Below are positions 25,901 through 38,268 of a stretch of 64,000 nucleotides of DNA, one piece after another. The notes beneath the pieces are model-generated. The model searched no databases. It was not told where the DNA came from and saw only the letters and a program-made list of their open reading frames with translations. How positions within the stretch are numbered: position 1 is the first letter of the stretch; each line of letters opens with the position of its first letter. The translations under genes were made by a program, and so were the position numbers. The stretch comes from Octopus sinensis (Eukaryota). Location: positions 11,160,001 to 11,224,000 of the forward strand of contig NC_043021.1 of the NCBI RefSeq assembly GCF_006345805.1, given 5' to 3'.

Positions 25901-28900
25901 AGATGCCACACAGTGGGACTGAACCCGGAACCATGTGGTTGGTTAGCAAGCTACTTACCACACAGCCACTCCTGTGGCGAGTTTCTGTTATTTTCCGGGT
26001 TAAAATTCCTTCAAGGTCTACTTTGCCTTTCATCCTTTTGGGATCAGCAAAACAAGTACCTATTGAGCCCCGGAGTCAATGTAAATGACTAATCTTTTCC
26101 CACAAAATTTTCAAGCCTGCAAGAATTATATAAGGTGAAGTGTTTCTATTGCAGGGATGCCGTCCAGTGTCGCTGATTGGCTACAGTCTCGGTGCCAGGG
26201 TAATATATTGCTGTTTGGAAGAACTATCCAAAAGAAAAGGTGGGTAAAATGATTTCCAAGGAGTTGTAGTTGCTGGAGAGGGTATGGAGGTGGACATCAC
26301 CATCATCATCATCATATCATTTAATGAGGTAGTGAGTTCAATTCCTGGACTGAGTTGTGTGTTGTGTTCTTGAGCAAGACCCTTTATTTCACATTACTCC
26401 AGTCTGCTCAGCTGTAGAAATGAGTTGTGGTGCCACTGGTGCCAAGCTGTAATGGCCTTTGCTTTTTCCTTTGGATAACATCAGTGGCATGGAATAGGGA
26501 GGCTGGTATGTATGGGCAACTGCTGGTCTTCCATAAACAACCTTGCCCGGACTTGTGCCTCGGAGGGGAACTTTCTAGGTGTAATCCCATGGTCTTTCAT
26601 TATCCTTTACCCTTTCCATGCTGGCATGGGTTGGACTGTTTGACCAGAGTTGGCAAGCAGGAGAGCTGTGCTTGGTTCCAGTCTGATTTGGCTTGGTTTC
26701 GAAGGCTCGATGCCCTTCCTAACACCAAGCGTTTTACATGGCACTGGCAACATCCGTTTTCCATGCTGGCATGGGTTGGATGGCTTACCAGAGCTGGCAA
26801 GCCAGAGAGCTGCACCAGGTTCCAGTATGATTTGGCTTGGTCCATCTGTATTTCCCTTCCTGTCTGTCTCCGTTCTGTCTCTTGCTTTCATTATCTATCA
26901 GGTGTTTTGTGATAAATCTTCCATTCTAAATGGATACCATAGGTTTTAAGCTCACTCTTTTTCTTCTTGTCCTCCTCCCTCTCCTCCTCCTCTTCCTTCT
27001 CCTTAGGAATGAGAACCCATGTTTGAAATTTCCTCATTGATACCTGATGAAGGCTGGTGAGTAATATCGGCCGAAACGTTGTGTTGACAACAAGTAAGAT
27101 GAGGACAAATATTTGTCAAATGTAAATAACGTAAATAATGTACATAATCCCTCATCTCTCAAATATAGAATCGTGAAATTCTGTTTTCTTTTTATAACTG
27201 GATGTTAATCAGGAAGTGAAGGTGGCGAGCTGGCAGAATCGTTAGCATGCAGGGGAAAATGCTTAGCAACATTTCGTCTGTCGTTACGTTCCGAGTTCAA
27301 ATTCCGCTGAGGTCGACTTTGCCTTTCGTCCTATCGGGGTTGATAAAATAAATACCAGTTAATCATTGGGATCGATGTAATCGATTTAACCCTCTCCCCC
27401 AAAACTTGCTGGTCTGGTGCCAAAATTTGAAACCAGTATTATTTAGGAAGTGTATGATGAAATTCTTGAAATATTTTGTGTATTAGAGATGTATAAGCAA
27501 TTTATTTGGTACTACTTAAGAAGAGTGGTCCCGGTGCGCATACTCGCGCATCTGCGCTAGCTAATCGTGAGTTGTCGATCCTTACTTTGTGTTTTTGTGT
27601 TTTATTTACTTTGTTTAAAAAATTATTTACTTTGTGTTTTGTTTACTTTGTTTAAAAAAATTATTTACTTTGTGTAAAAAATTTATTTATTTTGTCTTTT
27701 ATTTACTTTGCTAGGTAGTCGTTGTAGGATCGACTAGTCACAACTAGCTAGCCGGATACGCAACTGTGCGCACCGGGACCACTCTTCTTAAATAGTACCA
27801 TTTATTTTGATCTTTTCGGTTTGAACGGCAGTTTTTTCTAGCGGTGTCATATGAAATTGTCACACTTATGACCCTAGTATCGATCTATCGCATTTCAATC
27901 TGTTTTAGGGTTAGGGGTGGGGGGAAGGATATCTTTTTTTCTTCACAAATGTAAATAAACCCAATCTGTTTCTTAAACGAGGGACATATTCATACGGCAC
28001 AGAATGTTTTTTACCTCAATAGACGTCAGTGATGGGTTGAAATTTCAGAAATTGAAGAAAAAAACAAAAAAACAAACATCTTACAAACTATAGAATTTTC
28101 TCAATAAAGCCAAGAGAAAAAGATGTTATATAAACACATTCTACCAGTATACGAAGTTTAAAAGTGTTTAGTTACCTAGAAATTATGTTAAAAACTGCCG
28201 TTCAAACCGAAAAGATCCTTTATTTCTCATAAGTTTTAATAAAATCTTCATATGGACCCCCAAGGGCTATATAGACACTCAAGGGTAATATAGACCTCGG
28301 TTGAGAATCACTGCTGTAAATAAAGAATTTATTTCGTCCACGATGGTGGCAGCAATAAGATGTCCAAGGGGAAATAAACTAGGTTTTGTTTGCCAAGCGA
28401 CATAACTCCTTTAACACAAACAGGAATTTCAAAAAAAAATTTTTTAATTCTATTCGAAGGGAGTTATCTCCCTTGTAAGGTTCGACCACAGACTTTTGTC
28501 ATGAGCCAACTTTGGAGTCGGTAGAGCATCGAACAAAATGCTGTCCATCAGCATTTGTTACGGTTCGTTATGATCCGAGTTCGTACCATGCTGGGGTACC
28601 ACCGTGAAGGGGTTTAGTAGAACAAATCGGTCCCCAGTGCTTTGTTTTAGAAAGCCTGGCACTTCGTCTGTTGTTTCTTTTGCTGAACTGTTATGCCACA
28701 GGGATGTAAATAAACCAACACTATTAAGTGGTGTTTGTGTGTGTGCATGCATATATATATATCTGTGTGTGTGTGTGTGTTTGTATATGATGTGTTTGTG
28801 TATGATGTATGTATGTGTGTGCGTGTATGTATGCATATATATGTGTTTACATATCTCTTTTACTCTTTTACTTGTTTCAGTCATTTGACTGCGGCCATGC

Positions 28901-30034
28901 TGGAGCACCGCCTTTAGTCAGGCAAATCGACCCCGGGACTTATTCTTTGTAAGCCCAGTACTTATTCTATCGGTCTCTTTTGCCGAACCGCTAAGTGACG
29001 GGGACATAAACACACCAGCATCGGTTGTCAAGCAATGCTAGGGGGACAAACACAGACACACAAACATATACACACACACTTATATATATACATATATACG
29101 ACGGGCTTCTTTCAGTTTCCGTCTACCAAATCCACTCACAAGGCATTGGTCGGCCTGGGGCTATAGCAGAAGACACTTGCCCAAGATACCATGCAGTGGG
29201 ACTGAACCCGGAACCATGTGGTTGGTTAGCAAGCTACTTACCACACATACATACACTCATACATATATATTTATATATATATACATATATACATACATGC
29301 ATATATATGTTTACATACACACACACACATACGTATGATGGGCTTCCATGCTGTTTCCTTCAACCAAATTTACTTGCAAGAAGATATTGGTTGACCTGGG
29401 GTTATAGTAGAAAACATTTGTTTAATGTGTGGTACCATGGGACTGAACCCGAGTCCATATGGTTGCAAAGATGGCTTCTTATTCACACAGCCAAACCAAA
29501 TACTTGGCCCCCTACTACCTAGTCGCATGACCTGCTAGAAACAGCTGTCAAATCACATGCTACCATCTGAAAAAAAAGGAAGGTCATATTGGATATTTAT
29601 TTTCCTTTTTTTCTTTTTTATTTTATTGCCCACATGGGGCTAAACACAGAGGGGACAAACAAGGACAGACAAAGGTATTAAGTTGATTACATTGACTCCA
29701 GTGCGTAACTGGTACTTAATTTATTGACCCCTGAAAGGATGAAAGGCATAGTCGGCCTCGGCCACCACAATCATACTACCACCATTACTATCACCACCAC
29801 CACCACCACCATCATCATTTCAAACTCTAATACCAAAACCACAGCCATCATTATGACCACCACAACTATCACCATGACGACCACCACCATGACCACCACA
29901 ACGACCACCATCGTTACAAATTCTACCACCAAAACCACAATCATCAATACAACCACCACCACCATCATCATCATCATCATTACAAACTCTACCACCAAAA
30001 CCACAACCATCATTATTATGACCACCACAACTAT

Positions 30035-30067
<33 letters not shown>

Positions 30068-32637
30068 TACAAACTCTACTACCAAAACCACAACCATCTT
30101 TATGATCACCACCACTACCACCACCATCATCATCATTACAAACACTACCACCAAAACCACAACCATCTTTATGATCACCACCACTACCACCACCATCATC
30201 ATCATTACAAACACTACCACCAAAACCACAACCATCTTTATGATCACCACCACTACTACCACCATCATCATCATTACAAACACTACCACCAAAACCACAA
30301 CCATCTTTATGATCACCACCACTACCACCACCATCATCATCATTGCAAACACTACCACCAAAACCACAACCACCACCACCATCATCATTACAAACACTAC
30401 CACCAAAACCACAACTATCATTGCAACCACCACAACTATAACCATCACCACCACCACCACCATTACAAACACTACTACTAGCTGCACTTTTACTACGGAT
30501 ACTCTCACCACCCATACTAAAACCCAAACAAACTATTGCAGGTTGCGAAGGTATTGTAGAAGACGTGATTCTACTCGGAGCACCTGTCAGTGCCAGGAGT
30601 TCTAATTGGGAACAGCTTCAAAGAGTGGTGTCTGGTAAATTGATAAATGGCTACTGTAGGTTGGTAAAAAGTTTTATTGTAAAGTTCTTTAAAAACCCTT
30701 TAGCATTTCAACAGGTCACATCAGGCCCAAATATTCTACTTTTTTTTTTTCTTTTTTTTTTTTGGTAAAACTGACCAGGTCTGGCCCCTCATACTTACCT
30801 TACTATGTCACTCGAAAAAATAAGCAGTAATGACAAAATTCTGGTTTGAGTACCCGATATTAAGTACTTCTCTTAGTGAAGGCGCATGGTTCAGTCCTTG
30901 GAGCATCGAGCTTACGATCGTGAGGTTGTGAGTTCGATTCCCGGACTGGGCTGTGTGTTGTGTTCTTGAGCCAAACACTTTATTTCACGTTGCTCCAGTT
31001 CACTCAGCTGTAGAAATGAGTTGCAGCATCACTGGTGCCAAGCTGTATCGGCCCTTTTGCCTTTCCCTTGGACAACATCGGTGATGTAGAGAGGGGAAGC
31101 TGGTATGCATGGGTGAACACAAATTTCCTGAAAATTCCCAAAGAAGAAAAAAAAACATTATGGGGCTTAATATAGGGTACTTAAACCAGAATTTGACCAC
31201 AATAACATCATTAAAACCTTTAAGCTATGAGATAATACATGATTAACCCCTTAACCCTTTCGTTACCAACCCGGCTGAAACCGGCTCTGGCTCTGAGTAC
31301 AAATGTCTTGTTTTCATAAGTTTTGAATTAAAATCTTCCACCAAACCTTAGTCACAATTTATGTTTCTAATACTAGCTTAATGATAACGTAGTTATTTTA
31401 CTAAATTCTTTGTTATATTTAAAGTAATTGAAAGAAACACAGTGTATCTCAAAATAAATACAGTAACAAAAGGGTTAATGGATTATCCCGAGTTTACTCA
31501 TGCATCACAAATGTATCCTTTTAGAACCAGACGAGTATACTCGGTCAAAATTAACTTTTAATTTTAGCCCTCAAACAAGTTTATTTGTTTTGTGTCGTTT
31601 CATTTTTGAGCAATCACGAATTTACTCGTGTTGTCGTACGCCTGGCAGCACATATTCTGGTGCCATTTCAAAGAATTTATGCTTCTGAGTTTTGAATTTT
31701 TGCTTCAGTGCATTCTCAGATTCAGGTGGAGGTTGGTGCCATTTTAGAACCGTCTCGTTTTGATTCTCTATTATTTATGCAAATTAGAGAATTATTTACG
31801 CATTTTTTTCTTCTCAAAATGGACGAAGATTTAGATATATTCAGTGATCACGAAATGGATTTTTTCATTTCACAATCTGGAAAGCTCTGAGGATGAATTA
31901 GACACGTGTAGTTCAAACTCTGACAATTTTTCAGAAGATAACAAAGAAGTTATTTTACTAAATTCTTTGTTATATTTAAATACAGCTCCCATGACTTTCG
32001 GAAACATTTTTTCACGCTCAGAGTTGCTGAAGCATGGAATAAACTGCCTGCGTCAGTTGTTGACTGCCATGACACTGCATCTTTTAAGGCCCTCATGCTT
32101 TCCGAAATCCGCCGAAACTACACCTGATTATATATACACTTTAGATGAGTTGTAGTGCACCTGAGCACTGTACACAATTATTATTATTATTATTATTATT
32201 ATTTTTAAGATAATCAGACAGATGCACGTGCATGGCACAAAATCAATTGCTCGTCCGATTCGAAGAGAAAGCAGATACATGTGTGATGTCTGCAAGATAA
32301 CTTTATGTGTAACTCCTTGTTTTAAAAATTATCATTCTAAATAAACTGTCTATCCCATTGTAAAAAAAAATTTTCCTTTGATTTAAAAGCAATACATCTT
32401 ATAAAAAATCGAAGATAGTTAAGTTACTCTTTTACTCTTTGACTTGTTTCAGTCATTTGACTGCGGCCATGCTGGAGCACCGCCTTTAGTCGAGCAAATC
32501 GACCCCGGGACTTATTCTTTGTAAGCCCAGTACTTATTCTATCGGTCTCTTTTGCCGAACCGCTAAGTGACGAAGACGTAAACACACCAGCATCGGTTAT
32601 CAAGCAATGCTAGGGGGACAAACACAGACACAAACAT

Positions 32638-32717
<80 letters not shown>

Positions 32718-35700
32718 TACAACAGGCTTCTTTCAGTTTCCGTCTACCAAATCCACTCACAAGGCATTGGTCGGCCCGGGGCTATAGCAGAAGACACTTG
32801 CCCAATATGCCACGCAGTGGCACTGAAACCGGAACCATGTGGTTGGTTAGCAAGCTACTTACCATACAGCCACTCCTGCACCTGTTATATGTATTTTTTC
32901 AATGTCCGAGTTAACTCATTCAAATCCAAATGAGTAAAAGTACATTTTAATTTCTATAATAAAAAATAAAGGAAACAAGATAAAAAAAACTTTTTTTTTG
33001 TAATTAACACAGTGTATATAATTAGAAAATGAAAAAAAAAAATTGCTCTGAAATGAAACGCCATGTCAAAATAATTGATCCATTAAGGGGTTAATTCAAA
33101 ACAATGTGAATAAATAAGTATTACATTTGACGGTATAATCTGAATGCTAAAGGGTTAGCCTTGAAAGCCTCCTCATCGATGTCCATACTCCTAATGTGAC
33201 CATCATGTCCTAATGTCAGATTTTGCTATTTAATTTTTCCTTGCATAAGCCAAAGCTTACAACACCTGCTGCTACTTTGCATGTGTGCATGCGAACTATC
33301 ATTGTGTGCGCATCGCGGTTGTAACCTCTTTATTACTGTTACGTGTGTGTGCGTGAATCTTTTTATCTTTTACTTGTTTCAGTCATTAGACTGTGGCCAT
33401 GTTGGGGCACCGTCCCAAAGAATTTTTAGTCGAAGGAATTGGCCCCTGTACTTTTAAAAAAAATATTTTTGTGAAGCCTGATATGTATTCTATTGGCACT
33501 AATAATACGTATTATGACCATTTCCAATGCTTGCATGCATTTCGAAGGATTTTCGCCCATGCAGCTTGTTACTAATTCTTCTAATCCTTTCTCTTCTTTC
33601 TGTGTTTCAGCAGCCCTGGGAGTTAGCCTGACTATTTCACCCCACCCCACTCCACCCAAGTCTTCCTCAATCTTCCATTTAAATCACTCAGGGGCACTTT
33701 GTCCAATTTGTTATCCTGCATGTGACTCATGTATCCACACCGGCACAGTCTTCTCTTTTGTATTTCACACTTGATTTCTCACTTCTCACACCTGGTTTTT
33801 CTCTGAATTCGTTTGTGCTTCATTGTTGATAACACATGCAACAAACCTTACTCACCTCATTTGCATTTTTTCACCCTTCGTTATGCATCCATTGCATATG
33901 CTCTCATATACACCCAATATCTCACCTGTATGTAAAATCATACTTTGTACTGAATCATCTTTACAATCTGTCGTTCAGTCAGAGAGAGGACTCTGTTGAT
34001 ACTGGTGGAGGTAGTTGCTCCAGCTGGTACACATTTTCCGATGTGTACCAGCTGGAGCAAATGTGAAACGAAGTACCTCGCTCAAGGACTCAATGTGCTA
34101 CCTGAACCAGGAATTGAACCCATGACCTTAATATTGTAAGCCCAACATCCTAACCATGAGACTACATACTGTTACACTTTAAACACACACACACATGCAG
34201 ATATGTCTCATTAGGCAACTTTTAAAAAGGTACCTCGCCCATTAAACTCAAGTCAACGATGCGCAACAACCTGTTGTTCAAAATCTCACCCATGAAGGAC
34301 CGATGCACGACGGATCGAAACGATCGGAGTGATTAATAAAGAATACCATGAATTCCATTTCCTCTTTCTCTCATTCGTTAAAGAAAAAAGTAGGGGTCAG
34401 GATTCGGTTAAAAATGAAGTGCTTTTGCCTCTTTCAAGGATTCACCATGATGAATCCCTGAAACAGATGAAAGATGAAACCCTGAAAAGGACAAAAGCAC
34501 GAAATAGATAGTTTTTATCCAAATCCTGTCAAACCTCTTGTCTTAATATATAAAATCTGTACACCTCTTCTAACAATCTGTCTGTCTGTCTCTCTCTGGC
34601 TTTGTACTGTGGTTAGCTACTTACATTAATTTTTACTATACACATTGACATATTACCAAATCAGCCATAAATTTGTATAGCAAATATACGTGGTCTGATC
34701 AATAAGTATCTGGACTATTGCCATAGTAACTCTGCTCTGCGTCTGCTCTAAGTTTTAACATTCTAGCTCAGTTCTGTTGTTTACAGCAGTGTTTGGAAGG
34801 AAGGTGCGTAGCGTGTGATCGTAGCATTGACCATAACGGAGAAATTTGAACAGAGAATCTGCATCGAATTTTGCCAAAAGCTTGGCAATACCTGTTCAGA
34901 GGCCTACGCAAAGTTTTCATCATTCCCGACACAATCAAGAAGATCTTGTGCAATTGAAACCCGAGTGTCCTTTTGGTCAGCTGAAAGCAGTTTTGGCACA
35001 AACTTGGCAGACACGCATCTCATACCAGGATCTGCAGTGATAATGGACTGAACTGAACCATGACTAATTTGCACATCCTCTGATAACTCACTGATGGTAA
35101 TTTGATGATTTCCCCTCACGCCTGCATGCACATCTGCGATGTTTTCTCAGTTCTGCTGGTTGTGGGTCTCCCAGAATGTTCGTCAATATCGACATTTTTT
35201 CAGCCATCTTGGAAACGTCTGAACCACCCATACACTTGTGTACGTCTCATACACTGCTCTCCATGTGCTCTCTGCTACTTTGCATAGGCCTCTGAGTAGG
35301 TATCGCCATGGCAACTTTCTTTGTCATGGATCACATGCTACACATGTTCCTTCCAAACAGTGCTGTAAACAGCAGAAGTGAGCTAGAACATTAAAACTTA
35401 GTGTGCTTGCACAGCAGGGTTCAAGGTCAATCTATGCCAAGTGGCTTTACTCTGCATGCTTTAGCTTAGTTACTATGGCAACAGTCCAGATGCTTATTGA
35501 CAAGGCCTCTTATATACTGGTGGAAGAATTTAGCTGTTCCATGAAAGCAATGGAGTGACAATGCTTTTGAGTCCCAATTACTGGACGAAACCACAGCCCA
35601 GTGTTCAAGCTTTGCTCATGGGGCTGTCATCTACTCTGTCTGTGTATATGAATGTGCTTTTCTTGCAACTATAAGAGTTTTAACTCTTATTTCTAGCAAT

Positions 35701-35944
35701 AACTGTGCGCTTAGCACCTGCACTCACAATTAATGACTAAATTTTTTCAATATGGCTTTGTATTGCAGGTAGTTGCTTACTTTAATTTTTGTATATGTGT
35801 GTGTGTATGTGTATATATATATATATATATACATACACACACATATATATACACACTGACACATTTATATATACATACACACATATATACAAACACACAC
35901 ATGTATATACATACACACACATACATACTCACACATAGATATAC

Positions 35945-35979
<35 letters not shown>

Positions 35980-37019
35980 TATATACATACATACACACAC
36001 ACACATATATACATACATACACACACATACACATACATATATATATACATACACACACATACATACTCAAACAGACACTTGCACACATGCATATACATAC
36101 ATATATACACACACACACACACACATACATATACATACATACATACATACACACACATACATATTCAGACACTTGCACATATACATATATATATATACAT
36201 ACACATATACGTGTACACACACACTATATATATATATTTAGTATGTTGTTTTACTGTTATGGTTGTTATGTTTCCTTTTCTCACAGAGCTGACTGGTTGT
36301 TGAAGTTCCTCTACAGATCGTCCTCCATGCAGTTCCAAATCGCCGGCTTGATGCCTGTCAAACTGACGCACCACTGTATGCACAATATCGATTTAAGTGA
36401 TGTGGTGAGTTTCATTCATTGTTTGCAATGCGGTGTACGTATTGTTGTTGTTGTTGTTATTGATGTACCATTTAGCAGTTTAACCCTTTAGCATTTAAAC
36501 CGGCCATATCTGGCCAAAAGTATTCTGCCTGTTTTATGTTCAAACTGGCCAGATCTGGTCTCTTGCACCAACCCTACAATATTGTTTTAAAAATTAACAG
36601 CTACCTCATCAAAATCTCATAGCTACAAGATAATGCATGATTAGTTCAAAACAATGAGAATAAAAAAGGATTAATTTTGGCAGAATAATGCGAACACTAA
36701 AGGGTTAAACTAGCTGTATCAGACCCAAAAATTCTACTTTTTTTTACGTTCAAACTGGCTAGATCCAGCCTCTCATACATACCCTGCAATGTCATCCTAA
36801 AAGTAAGCAATTGCATCATTAAAATATCAAGGCTGTAAGATGATGTAGGATTAACTGAAAAGAATTCTTTTATTTGGTTCAGTCATTTGACTGCGGCCAT
36901 GCTGGAGCACCGCCTTTAGTCGAGCAAATTGACCCCAGGACTTATTCTTAAGAATATTAGGATTAAATGATCAAGCATCATCGCATAACCAATATTCAAC
37001 CACACTCCCCCCCCCCCCA

Positions 37020-37092
<73 letters not shown>

Positions 37093-38204
37093 GTGGCTGT
37101 GTGGTAAGTAGCTTGCTAACCAACCACATGGTTCCGGGTTGAATCCCACTGCGTGGCATCTTGGGCAAGTGTCTTCTGCTATAGCCCCGGGCTGACCAAA
37201 GCCTTGTGAGTGGATTTGGTAGACGGAAACTGAAAGAAGCTTGTCGTATATATGTATATATATATATATGTGTGTTTGTGTGTCTGTGTTTGTCTCCCTA
37301 GCATTGCTTGACAGCCGATGCTGGTGTGTTTACATCCCTGTCACTTAGCGGTTCGGCCAAAGAGATCGATAGAATAAGTACTGGGCTTACAAAGAATAAG
37401 TCCTGGGGTCAATTTGCTCGACTAAAGGCGGTGCTCCAGCATGGCCACAGTCAAATGGCTGAAACAAGTAAAAGAGTAATAAAGAGTATATATGTAAATA
37501 ATCATCATCATTTAACATCTGTTGTCCATGCTGGCATGGCTTGGATGGTTTGAGCAGGGCTGGTAAGCTGAGGGGCTGCACCAGACTCCAGTTTGATTTG
37601 GCATGGATTCCGCGGACGGGACGCTGAAAAGTTCCTGGCGTTAAGGGTATCACAAAATGCCTGGTTGGTGGTGCAACCTTCTGAGTTCTTCTACAGGGCT
37701 CAGAAAAACTAAGGGACTGCTGCAATAAGTGTGTGAATCTGAGAGGAGAATATATTGTGTATAATCATAATTAACTGATCCTCCTCTATTTTCTTTTACT
37801 CAAAGCCAGGAACTTTTCAGCATCCCCTCTTATATATATGTGTGTGTGCGTGTGTGTGAGTTTGTGTTTGTCTCCCACCGCTGTTTGATAGCCAGTGTTG
37901 GTTTGTTTATGTCCCTGTAATTTAGTGGTGCAATTAAAAGAGACTCATAGAATAAGCATCATACTTAATAAGTACTGGGGTTGCTTTGTGTGACTATGCC
38001 CTTCAAGGTGGTTTGTCCAATATAGCTGCAATCCAGTGACTGAAACAAGATAAAAGGTAAAGCAAGGAGTGGCTGTGTGATAAATAGCTTGCTTACCAAC
38101 CACATGGTTATGGGTTCAGTCCCACTGTATGGCACCGTGAGCAAGTGTCTTCTACCAAAGCCTTGTGAATAGATTTGGTAGACGGAAATTGAAAGAAGCC
38201 CATC

Positions 38205-38268
<64 letters not shown>

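Noticed and set aside
29724-30605. 293-aa Thr/Ile-rich ORF and overlapping Val/Gly-rich antisense ORFs (mucin-like)
   Set aside because: Triplet-derived intronic minisatellite that is open in several frames; it starts inside a SINE
34285-34340. Hammerhead-like GAAAC with hairpin followed by AATAAA
   Set aside because: The first core box is degenerate (CCCATGA) and stem II is mismatched; at most a dead Penelope remnant
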